From: Eledone cirrhosa
Lineage: Eukaryota
DNA: 64,000 bases
Direction: 5' to 3'
NCBI GenBank assembly: GCA_964016885.1
Contig: OZ024743.1
Location: 30,752,001 to 30,816,000 of the forward strand
Positions 18,005 through 29,357 of this stretch are shown one piece after another. Position numbers and translations under genes: made by a program. Positions within the stretch are counted from its first letter, which is position 1, and each line of letters begins with the position of its first letter. The notes beneath the pieces are model-generated. The model made no database searches. It was not told the DNA's origin and worked only from the letters and a program-made list of their open reading frames with translations.

Positions 18005-18060
18005 ACTGCTTGATGAGGTCATAGCCATTGAATGGCTATCATCGAAATATATATAGCAGT
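18005..18060 (+). ncRNA. Type I HHR (U3 variant) with TATATA palindromic stem III
   Basis: actgc TTGATGA g..atagccatt g aatggctat..c GAAA tatata TA gcagt. Confidence 0.75.
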
Positions 18061-18255
18061 AAATAAAGGGTTATGAGTTTTTCAATTGGCTTATGTTTCG
18101 TCACTATATAAATATATGTGTATATATATATATATATATAAGTTATAGTTAATTTGTTGGGATACAACAAGCAAATATTTTTATAACTGACATGGTCGCA
18201 TTCTTTAAGGGTATGTCAATATTTGTTTATAAAACTGATCTATATTATATTATTT

Positions 18256-18310
18256 CTGATGAAAGCGCACTCTAATTTGCATTGGTGTCCTTGAAATATG
18301 TATAATGAAA
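18256..18310 (+). ncRNA. Degenerate HHR motif
   Basis: CTGATGA aagcgcac...gtgtcctt GAAA tatgta TA; stem I pairs poorly. Confidence 0.45.
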
Positions 18311-18354
18311 TAAATATGGTTTTATAAATATAGTTTACATTTGTTAATATAATG

Positions 18355-18408
<54 letters not shown>

Positions 18409-18409
18409 C

Positions 18410-19070
18410 AAATATCAGGTTAAAGCAAAGGATCGCTGCTTTCACCCTTAACGGGATCTTCTGAAACTAATAGAAATGAATCTGTGAACGCAGAAGTAAA
18501 TATTTCGAAAAACTTTGTAACTGAAGCAAGACAGGAAGACGATACTTTGGTCCGTGGACGTTCCCTGGCAAGGAACGAAAAAAATGAAGATAATACGTCA
18601 TTATTTGGAGCGGTGAAAACAATTATACACAAAGATAAAACCACGTTCATGGTATAAATGAAGTGGTAGACTAATACTCAATTAGGTGGTTCGTGGAGAC
18701 GTTCGCTGGCAATGAACGAAAAAAACGGAAATAATACGTCATTATGTGGACCGTTAAGAACAATTACACGCAAAGACAAAACCACGTTGATGGTATAACT
18801 GAAGTCGTTGACTTAAATTCTATTTAGGAAACCGAATGATTCTCGGCTTCAGAGTTAAGAATAATGTAAATAAATTACAGATGTTATTGAAATCAACACT
18901 AATTAAATATATAGAAACACGCATCCATATACATACATACACATGCATACGCGGAAACATATGGATATGCAAATACAGGCACGTACGCAAACCACGCAAC
19001 GCCTGTACCCGCACACATACGAACATGAACACCAAATACACATAAAACATATGTTAAAAAAAATAAATAA
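18410..19070 (-). mobile_element. Family D PLE 3' fragment (another at 54005-54120)
   Basis: Homologous to 1400-2000, including the CAGAAGA HHR and an internal ~135 bp duplication. Confidence 0.85.
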
Positions 19071-19618
19071 ATGGAAAAAATGAAATTCCATTTCTCACTC
19101 TTAGTACGGCTGATACTTAAATATAAGTATGTATACGTACATACATGTATGTATACAGACATACAGTAGTATGTATATACATGCATACATATATATATAT
19201 ATATATATACGTATAGGTATACCGAACATTTGTTATAATGATCGGTTTGTGGTGTAAACAAACAGCCCGAATCAAGCCGTACAGTGTTCGGCAACCATCG
19301 TTGCCCTTTTGTTCAACACTGACAAAGGAACGATGAACTAGTTTCTAGCTTATTAGCTGTCATCAGCACTGTATACCTACCTGTCAGTTGATTGAACGTT
19401 TGAAAGTATATACTTTCCTTATGCATATTAACGGCTGAGCAGCCTGATTTGCATATCGAGTGAGTTAGTCGGCCGGGCGTACCGAAAACGATAAATGGAA
19501 AAAATCAATTTCATTTCACACTCTTAGTACGGCTGATACTTAAATATAAGTATGTATACTTACATATCCGTATACAAACGTACAGTAGTATGTATATACT
19601 TACATAGATACACATATA

Positions 19619-19687
<69 letters not shown>

Positions 19688-19698
19688 GTATATACATG

Positions 19699-19775
<77 letters not shown>

Positions 19776-20170
19776 GTATATATACTACTGAACGCCTGTA
19801 TACATATATGTATGTAAGTATACATACTTAAAATTAAGTATCAGCATTACTAAGAGTGGGAAATTAAATTTCGTTTTTTCCATTTATCGTTTTCGGCACG
19901 CGCGGCCGACTAACTCGCGCAATATGCAAATTAGGCTGCTCAGCCGTTAATATGCATAAGGAAAGTATATACTTTCAAACGTTCAATCGATTGACAGGAA
20001 GGTAAACGGTGTTGATGACAGCTAAGAAGCTAGAAACTAGTTCATCGTTCCTTTGTCAGTGTTGAACAAAAGGGCAACGATGGTTGCCGAACACTATACA
20101 GCTTGAATTGGGCTGTTTGTTTACAAATAAACCGTACATGATAATAAATGTTCGGTAAAGCCATACGTAC

Positions 20171-20207
<37 letters not shown>

Positions 20208-20280
20208 CATGTATGTATATACATACTACTGTACGTCTGTATACATATATGTATGTATGTATACATACTTATATTTAAAA
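19070..20280. mobile_element. Two family E retrozyme-like arrays in inverted orientation around a (TA)n tract
   Basis: HHR at 19331-19371 (minus, CTGATGA) and 20007-20047 (plus, TTGATGA); octamer at 19447-19454 and 19924-19931. Confidence 0.85.
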
Positions 20281-20424
20281 AATAAATAAATATATATATA
20301 CAAAATATATATATACACATGCATACATCTATGTATACATCGGTATTTCAGAGCACAAATCCTAATGCCTAATTTTTGCTGGACCGGCAATCGCTCTATA
20401 GAATCAGCACCTGATTATTACTGG

Positions 20425-20630
20425 AATTCTATAAGAATCCAGCTTCTATGATTTTCGGCAAAGGCTGGGAGAATGTTGTGAAACAGGCTATGTTAACCTC
20501 TCTCCCTTCTTTTGCCGAAGAAAAAAAGAAGTGATAGAATCACTTCTTTTAAAAATGATAGCGCAAGGTCTTCAACATTTTTTTAATTACACATACGATA
20601 TATTGCCAAATATACTATACATACAATTAT
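20425..20630 (+). repeat. Dispersed repeat, second copy at ~48208-48385
   Basis: Shared ATTCTATAAGAATC...ATAGCGCAAGGTCTTCAA...TGCCAAATATACTATACATA. Confidence 0.75.
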
Positions 20631-20672
20631 ATATATATGTATATATATATATATATATATACATATGTGTGT

Positions 20673-20723
<51 letters not shown>

Positions 20724-20747
20724 TGTGCGTAAGTGCCTATGTGTATA

Positions 20748-21930
20748 CAGTGTACCAATTTAAAATTGGTACCTATAAAATTAAAATACTATTTCAGGAG
20801 ATATGATGTTAGCAAATATTGCTTTCCTTCTGTAGGTAGCTTAACGAATAATGAACCCTAACAGATTAAACGTATAACAGTCTTCCGAAGAGTGGAAAAC
20901 TAGGCTGGCGGTATATACAGTTTGCACGTGCATGAAAACCAAGGTCATTGTTACCAAATAAAAACCTATCACTGTGCAGAGCCCAGAGGGTGACGAGGGA
21001 GTTAGAGTATAGTCATTTTCACGATGGCAGTGTCGCTGCTATGAAAACCTAAACTCGCAATGCTGATTTCCTCCACAAATTTGAACAGTTTTGAAGATCC
21101 TTCATTGAGATACGTAAGATTGCCAGGCAACTATGGTGTGGTGAGGAGACTGTTGGGATTTGTGTGAATGAAATCCTTTGTTACAAGTACTACAACTGGT
21201 CAGTTAGAAGAGAACTTCGTGATGAGGTCCTACTAACTGTTGAAAAAGGGGGAAGCATCTCCTAGAATCAAACAGTTGTCTTTCTTCTCAGAAGGAGAAA
21301 ACCATTATGAGAACAAGCAGACAAGTATGTGATTAGCAGGTAAAGCACATAAAGTTACTAGTGTCATGAAAAACAAGTATCCTGTCCACATTAGGGTTTT
21401 TTGGTTTTATCCGCAGAGAAGGACATGTCATTCACATTCCCGTCCTTAATGTAGGCCTGAGAATGATCCAGGATATATATCACGGGTTTCAGCATACCCT
21501 GTTGATGCCCTGGCTTCAAGAGATGGTAGGCGTAAGAACGTGTGTTCCAGCAAATTCGATATCCACACACTCGCTAACGAAAACTCAAGATTGGCTCGAC
21601 GAAAACTTTTCCGACCTTGTCTGGACAGGCATATGGTCAGTTAACTGTCTGGACTGCAAATATTTGAAGAATATTTTCTGGGGCCCATTTGAGATAGAAA
21701 ACAACAAACTGCTGCACATAGGACGAGCTGAAACAGAGCATCAGGCAGACATTCGCAGATTTGTCCGCTGCAATTGTGAAATACTCCTGCTCCTTACTTC
21801 GAAGTTGCTTCGAAGAGGATCTTAAAGCTGAAGGTGATTATATTGAATAATTATGTAGAATGCAACTCTAGTATATTTGTTACTGTGATTTTAAATAAAT
21901 ATTAAAAGACACACATTTGTTGTCTTTTTC
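20748..21930 (+). mobile_element. Decayed Tc1/mariner-superfamily DNA transposon
   Basis: ORF 21463-21825 resembles the DDD/E C-terminus (PW...H...TQDWLDENF...W...D..L..FWG..E); TA-CAGTG start; right end uncertain. Confidence 0.65.
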
Positions 21931-21979
21931 GCTGAACACTATCGACCGTGACAATTCTACGCCCACACACCTCTCTCTC

Positions 21980-22061
<82 letters not shown>

Positions 22062-22150
22062 ATGGAAAAATTTGAACAGGGACAAAACAGAGAGGAAGTA
22101 CAACGAATGTTTATTAATTTCACGCTCTGGAGAGTGGGGTGTGGTGGGGG

Positions 22151-22182
22151 ACGACGTTTCGGGCATAAGCCCTTCCTCAGGT
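22151..22182 (-). ncRNA. Minimal HHR of PLE 3' end
   Basis: ac CTGAGGA a gggc ttat gccc GAAA cg TC gt; stem I only 2 bp. Confidence 0.7.
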
Positions 22183-23639
22183 GAGAAGTGTGTGGGAACA
22201 GAGTTCAAAGGGTGTGTAGGGAGTGGTGGAGAGACATATAGCGAAAGGAAACGGTGCGAATGAAAAATTAAAAATAAAGATAAAAATAAAAATAAAGCAT
22301 GATCAAAATACAAGGAATGAGATAAATTTAAATATAAAGGCATGATCAAAATAAACTGAAATTAAAAGGGGGGTAAAACAGGTGGTGGAAGGGTGTGGGG
22401 TGTGTAGGGGTGGTGGCGGGTGGAGTGGGGAGAGGGAGACGGGGTGTCCGAGCGGGGAGGGCTGAAGGTGGTGTGTGTGTGTATGTATGCGTGTGTGTGT
22501 GTGTGTATGTGAAAGTAAGGGTTGGGGGAAGAACGGGGTTGTATGTTCAGGAAGAGGTGTGAGGGTGGGGGTGGGGGGTCGGAGTGTCTGTGCGTGTGTG
22601 GATAGAGGGGTAGGGGGAGAGGAATCAGGAGGCTGAGGGTTTAAATATGTGGTGGAAAGCACGTGTGTGTGCGTTTTAAACGTGTTGTGGGTGTAGGTGG
22701 CGTGTGGAGAAAACATTTGTTTTGGGGTGTGTGTGTGGGTGAGTTATATAGGTGATTACGTAAGAGGATGGTTGAAAAGTAGGTAAATTCCGAAGATGTT
22801 TAGTGGATTCGTTGTTGGTCAATTTCTGCGTGTGGATATTCCATGAAGCGATGGTCGGAAGAGGAGAGATGTGGGGTACGCGCGCAACAGGAAGTGGTCA
22901 AGCAGTGGGAGTGATGTGTGTCTGTTTGTGCTGGGAGGTGGTCAGAGGGCATAGCAGCAGTCGGTGGAATGGTAAAGGGGCGAGGATGGGTAGGTGTGAA
23001 AGTTGGAGTGAGGAGGGTGTGTGTGTGTATTAGTAGAGGTGTTAGTGGGATGAGTGAGTGTGGAGCGAGGGTGTGGGTGGAGCAGGGAGAGACGGGTGGG
23101 TGTGCTTCTATGGAGGGAGTGTGGTGTACTGGTGTGTGTGTAGTTTGATGAAGAGGTGTTAAGGGGTGTTAGTATACGGGAGGTGGGGAGGGGTTGAATG
23201 CAGGTGTGAGTGGGGGTTATTGGTGGTAGGGTGTGTAGAGTTGGTGGTGTACGAGGGTGTGTGGGTACGTGTGCGTGGGGTTGGGGGGTGTTAGTGATGT
23301 TAATTGAGTGTGGGGTGGGTGGTGTAAGTGGGTGCGTATGTTCGTGTGCTTGGGGTTAGGGGATGTTAGTGAGGTTAGGTGCAGGGTGGTGGGATGGAGG
23401 TGTGGGGGTGAGGGTTAGTGGTGGTAGTAGGGTGTGTGTTTAGTGTGAGCGCGTGTATATATGTGCCGGTGGGTGTGTGCGTGTGATAAGGAGGGGGAGG
23501 AGGAGAAGAGAGGAGGGATGTTAGTATGTTAGTTGGGGAAGGGTGGTCAGATGAGGGGTGGAGTGGAGGTGTTAGTATTGTTAGTTGTGGGGTGGGCGGT
23601 GAAAAGGAGGGGTGTGTTAGTGGTGTTAGTGGGGCATAA

Positions 23640-26376
23640 GTGTGGGGGGAGGGGGGCGGTCGAAGGCTAAAGGAATAAGGGTGGGGAGTTCAGGCCGGGG
23701 GGAGTGTGGGTCTGTAAAATGAAGATAGTTCGTTGTTCGACCGTAAGGCGATTGGCGGGTGTTCTGAGGCACTGGAGTAGGCCACAGACTGTGAGATGGC
23801 GTGCGGAATGTCCAGGGCCACCAAAGTGGCGGGCGATGGGGGAACTGCCCCCGAGACGAATATCCCGGAGGTGCTCCGTGAATCGATCCGCCAGGCAACG
23901 TCCCGTACACTAGGTTGGAGGAGGTGCAGCGAAAGGCATGCCGGATCGAGAGAGAGTGGCCGTTGGGACCCTGGAAGGTGGTGGTGTTGGTGATGTGGGG
24001 ACAGGTATTGCAGCGGGGCCTAGAACAGGGAAAGGAACCGGGGGGGGGGGGAAACAGAGCGTGGGTTGGGCGGGTAGGGAGCTGTGGACGAGCAGGGTGC
24101 GGAGATTGCGTGCGCGTTTGAAGGAGGGGAGTGGTGGGGTTGGGAAGAGGTGGGAGGTGGAGGGATCGGACTGGAGGCGTCGGAAGAGGCGGCGGATGGT
24201 GCGGTGGAGGGGTAATGTGGAGGGGTGGTATGTGATGGGGAAGGGGAGACGGTGGGTGGGTGTGCGGTGGCGTGGGGTGAGGTTGGTGGAGCGGGGGACA
24301 GCACGGGCGCGGGTGAGAGCGGTGTGGACGAGAGAGGGGGGTAACCTCTGCGGATGAAATGGCTGACTAGGGAAAGGGCCTGGGACTCGAAGTCAGCATC
24401 TCGGCTACAGAGGCGGCGGATCCTGAGAAGTTGGGAGTAGGGAATGGAGTGTTTAGTGTGGGTGGGGTGGGAAGAGGTGAAGTCGAGGTAAGAGTGGGAG
24501 TCGGTGGGTTTGAAGAAGGCGGAGGTGACGAGGGAGTGGTGGGAGGGCTCGAAGGCGACGGAGATGTCTAAGAAGTGGACGTGGGTGGTGGAGATAGAGG
24601 TGGTGAAGTGGAGGGAGGGGTGGAATGAGCATAAGAAGGAGAGAAAGGAGTCGAGCTGTTCTCGGGTCAGGGTTGTGGTTCCGATACATTCGTCAATGTA
24701 ACGACCGTACAGTTCGGGCGTGGGGCCGGTGTACTGGGCAAAGATTTGGGCCTCAACATGGCCAACAAAAAGGTTGGCATAGTTCGGGCCCATTCTTGTA
24801 CCCATGGCTACCCCCGTGACCTATTGGTAAAACTCACCCGAGATGGAGAAACAATTCAGGGTGAGGACCAGCTCGGCGAGGCGAAGGAGGCTGGGGGTGG
24901 AGGGAATGGGGGTGGGGCGAAGGTCGAGGTAGATTTTTGAGGGTGCGAAGGCCGTCGGCGTGGGGGATGACGGTATAGAGGGACTTGATGTCTAGGGGGA
25001 AGAGGAAGGGCTGTGGGCTGGGTGGGTAGGTGAAGGAGTCGAAAAGGCGCAGGGCGTGGTTGGTGTCGGAGATGTGGGAGGGGAGGGTGGTGACAAGGGG
25101 GCGAGGAGGGAGTCGAGAAAGGCGGAGATGAGTTCGGTGGGACAGTTGCAAGCGGAGACGATGGGGCGGCCGGGGTTGTCGGGTTTGTGGGGTTTGGGGA
25201 GGAATTAGATGGTGGGAGTGCGGGGGGTGCGGACGATGAGGTGGGAAGCGGTGGGGGAGGAGGGATGAGGCGATAAGGTCTTTGATGGTGGAGGAGACTT
25301 GTTGTTGGTAGAGGGAGGTGGGTTCAGAGGGTAGAGGGCGGTAAAAGAGGGGGTTACAGAACTGCCTGAGGGCTTCGGCCGTGTAGAGGTCCGCGCGCCA
25401 CACCACTACGACGCCTCCCTTGTCCGCCGGTTTGATGACGATGTCATCTCGGCTACGGAGGGAGCGGAGAGCGAGGAGTTCGCCCCGTGAGATATTGTAC
25501 CGTTTGGAATCGTGGCGGAAGTCGAAACGATTTACTACGCTACGGCTGGCATCGACGAAGGCGTCCAGCGTGCTTAATTGCCCTGGGGCCGGCGTCCAAG
25601 AAGATGGTAGTCGGCGCAGGGCGAGAAACGGGTCTGGGGCGTCCGGAGCCGGTGGCGTTCGGCCGAAATGTGCCTGTAGCTTAGTGCGTCGCACGAATCG
25701 TTCGACTTCCGTTTGGGTGCGGAACTCGTCACTGAGCGGAGTGTGGGGTATGAAGCGAAGGCCTCTACTAAGGCGTGAGCGCTCAGGTGCGGAGAGGGGA
25801 AGTCAGGGGGTATGGTGACACCAAGGGTTGGGGGGTTGGGTGTGTGGGGGGAAGGGAGGGTGTGGTGAGGGGTGATGTGGAGGGTGGGGATGGGCGGGTG
25901 GTGGTGGATGGGGGGAGGAGTGAATGTAGCTTGCAGGCTTTGGTGGAGCTGAGGAACGAGAAGAGGTTGTGGTTGAGGTTTTGGATGAAGGAGAGAAGGG
26001 CTTGGGCGAGGAGGGGGTGGCGGGTGGAGTTAAGTCGGAGGAGGGTGGGGATCAGTTGGTGGTCAAGTTGGCGGAGGGTGGAACGGGAAGCGCGGATGGA
26101 GTTGCGCATCAGGAGGCGTGAGGATCGGGTGAGGATACGTTGCGTGGAGGGGGAAGCGGCGGGAGAAGGGTGGAAGTGTAGACGGAAGCCGAGGGGGATA
26201 AGGTGGAGGCGGAGGCAGTGGCTGAGGAAATGGATGTGGCTGGAGTGCCGGGTTTTGGCGAAGAGAAGGTAGGAGAGTTGAAGGGCAGAGGGGAGATAGC
26301 AGGTTGGGAGGAGCGGGGTGAGGAAAAGTTTGAGGCGATTATGTAGTTGGTGGAGAAAGGATCTCAGGTTGGGCAT
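23640..26376 (-). pseudogene. PLE RT + GIY-YIG ORF, frameshifted; YIG motif deleted
   Basis: MPNLRSF start; IKPADKGGVVVVW; LDIKSLYTVIPH; MGPNYANLFVG; RYIDE; FLDI; KPTDSHSYLDFTSSHP; CSRPRCNTC; CTSSNLVY joined directly to GRCLADRFTEH. Confidence 0.92.
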
Positions 26377-26484
26377 GATGGGCGTTGGGTGAAAGCAGGG
26401 GGAGGGGATGAGAAGGCAGGGGTATGAAGCGGGGTGGAGTGAACGAAGGGGTGAGTGCGAAGGATAGGCAGAGACGTGGAAGGG

Positions 26485-26516
<32 letters not shown>

Positions 26517-27138
26517 CTAGCTGAGGCACCCGGTAATACCCGGGAGCGGGGGTATTCCCAGTTCCCATTACGATGCCCAATGCCTACAGACCAAAATTGA
26601 TATCAAAATATATGACAGATAATGAAAAGCGAAGACAAATTCCTTTACGAAACAATAATACAAATAAATATTGTTGATTGCATTGGTCAGGCGAAAAAAT
26701 ATTTTTCTGATAAGTTGAGTGTTGCTATAAGGAAAAGAATAAAACCCCCATTAGGGTGTCTTAATATTATTGTGAATAGGCATTATATTTTGTTATTTAC
26801 CTATGGTTTAAATTTCATATTAATCGAAGGGATACAATTTCCAGCGGGGTTTTCAGCGGGGGTTTGAATTCCGGGGGAACCCTGTTATTAAAATGAACTA
26901 TACGTAAGAAATCAAATGGGCATGATCCCCACAAACTTGTCAAGTTTAATCAAGATCAGTGTGGTAGTTTTTTTTAGTTTTAGGTTCACAAACAAATCCA
27001 CAAACAAACAAACAAACAAACAAACACACAAACAAATCCACTAACAAACAAATCTACAAACAAACAAATCCTCATACAAACAAATCCGCAAACAAACAAT
27101 CACACACAGACAAACAGACAGAAAATGCTATATAAATA
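26517..27138 (-). mobile_element. Non-autonomous Helitron (same family as 46118-46516)
   Basis: CTAG end with CCCGGTAATACCCGGG hairpin; (CAAA)n near the 5' end; internal homology to 46340-46440. Confidence 0.75.
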
Positions 27139-27195
27139 TATATATATAAATTAAAGTGTAGAAATTGTTGTGAGCGTGAAGCCAACAGTATTTCA

Positions 27196-27277
<82 letters not shown>

Positions 27278-27279
<2 letters not shown>

Positions 27280-27872
27280 TAGTAAAAAGGAAAAGAGAAT
27301 AGTGACAATTTTCTCCCAGTGAAAAATAGTTTAATTAGGAAAAGATTTAGTTTTAAGTTTTTACCGGTTGCGCATTTTTAATGCTTTTCAAAAATAATTT
27401 TGAGATAGAACGCTCGTGATTTTTGCTCTAATCTGATCAGTTTTGGAAATTCTTCCTGTTTTATGTGAAATCACGAGCGCTCTCTCTCAGATTTAATTTC
27501 GAAAAACATTAGAAATGAGCAACCGGTAAAAACATAAAACTAAAACTGAATACTAACTAATACTTATTACTAATTTATGAATTGGCAGTATCGGTAGAGG
27601 GTTGGACGCCATGCTTTCTAGCATAGTTACGTCACTTTACAGTCTGAGTTCAAATCCCGCCGAGGTTAACTTTGCCTTTCATCCTTACTGGGTCGATAAA
27701 ATAAAGTACCAGTAATGTACTGCTTAATTGCTGGCCTTGTGCCTAAAGTAAAAACTATTACTAATTTATACTTATTCCTAATTAAACTATATTTCACTGG
27801 GAAAAATTTGTCAGCATTTTCTTTTCCTTTTTACTAATATATCCCAACTCGTCTGTCACACCTCTATTTTTT
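27278..27872. mobile_element. Fold-back of family G 3' end, right arm interrupted by a SINE; other copies at 38122-38312 and 51145-51950
   Basis: 27278-27420 is inverted relative to 27470-27840 once the SINE is removed; HHR-like motif at 27359-27394. Confidence 0.85.
27579..27755 (+). mobile_element. tRNA-derived SINE (family 1) with 14-bp TSD; other copies 42383-42548 (+), 46862-47045 (-), 48410-48510 (-), 37805-37870 (partial)
   Basis: B-box-like GAGTTCAAATCCC; central GCCTTTCATCCTT...GGTCGATAAAATAAAGTACCAG; TSD TATTACTAATTTAT at 27565-27578 and 27756-27769. Confidence 0.9.
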
Positions 27873-27921
27873 AAATATATATAAATATATATTTATATAT
27901 AAATATATATAAATATATATT

Positions 27922-27959
<38 letters not shown>

Positions 27960-28760
27960 CGTGTGTGTGTGTGTGTGTGTGTGTATCTGTGTGTGTGTGT
28001 GTGTGCGTATGTGTGTGTGTGTGTGTGTATGTATGTGTGTGTGTGTTTGTGTGTGTGAGAATGTGTGTTTTGTGTGTGCGCGAAAAATAGATTATCTGCG
28101 TTATGCGTGTGTAGCAAATTTGCTTACGAAAAAAAATATCTTGAGCGAATGAAGAAAAGCATATATTTTCCTTTTCAGACAGTGTCAAATCAATGCATTT
28201 TTGTGTATAAGTTTGACATTGCACAATACTAAACCCAGGGTGCACATCGGCTCGGAACTAGACGCGGGAAAATGCATATCAGAAAAATAATCAACACAAA
28301 CAAGAGCAAGAAGATCTTTCAGCTAGAAACAGTGTAGAATACGGAGTAGCAAGTTGTCACAGAAGGCCATTATAATTATTAATTTCTTATCTCCGACTTT
28401 AAATATAAAGATTATTGACATGGAATAAAGAAAATAATGTAATATTTTCACACATCAACCATAATTCCTTAGTCAATGCAATATTGCTGTTACCCTCATG
28501 TTCGCAAAATAATCATAATGTATGTATGTAGATAAACTGTGTAAAATGTTATATCTTGGTGCTATTATGTAAATGCACATTCTAAATGTAACAACTGTAA
28601 GATTATTTACTATTCAAATAGTGATTCTCTAATTTATCTTTTCCGGTATTATTATCATTTCCTTAGATATGGCATGACGTTAGATTGAAGATAACTGTGA
28701 ATATCCGTTCGAAAAATCTCTGGATACTGGACTTTTAGGATTGCAATTCTGAGATAAGAA

Positions 28761-28880
<120 letters not shown>

Positions 28881-29104
28881 AATACGTTTTTGGTTAGATT
28901 ATTATTGCTCAATGTGTATTTCGTTTATTTGAATTATAACTAGTTAATGTGTGCATATAATCCACAACAATACATTTAGTTATATTAAATACAATTCTTT
29001 CTATATATCAACATAACACTGAGTAACACAACAGCGAAGCAGTGACAAAGCGAAAACAATAACAGGGTTTTTTTATGTCGAGAAAGTTACATACATATTT
29101 TCCT

Positions 29105-29225
29105 AATGTATTCGATTGAGTTTGAAATAGTTGTCTAGCTTCAAGCTTCAGATACCTGGAAGGAATTAACTTGCTTCTCGTCGTTGATTGTACCCAAAAT
29201 AAACGAATAAACTTAAATCGATTGC

Positions 29226-29277
<52 letters not shown>

Positions 29278-29357
29278 ACGAAGAGAAGCAGGTTAATTCC
29301 ATCCAGGTGCCTGAAGCTTGAAGCTAGACAACTGTTTCAAACTCAATCGAATACATT
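29105..29357. repeat. Inverted pair (84-bp arms) converging on a central (TA)n
   Basis: 29105-29188 is the reverse complement of 29274-29357; contains the HHR-like half GAAA(C/T)AGTTGTC. Confidence 0.88.

Larger units (their letters stand above)
22062..26488 (-). mobile_element. Near full-length GC-rich Penelope-like element (Neptune-like) with long low-complexity 3' UTR
   Basis: Flanked by (TA)n on both sides; RT/EN ORF remnants; HHR at the 3' end. Confidence 0.93.

Noticed and set aside
23704-26272. Plus-strand Arg/Gly-rich ORFs
   Set aside because: Antisense shadows of the GC-rich PLE ORF.
27579-27670. tRNA genes at SINE heads
   Set aside because: No complete cloverleaf; they continue into SINE bodies.
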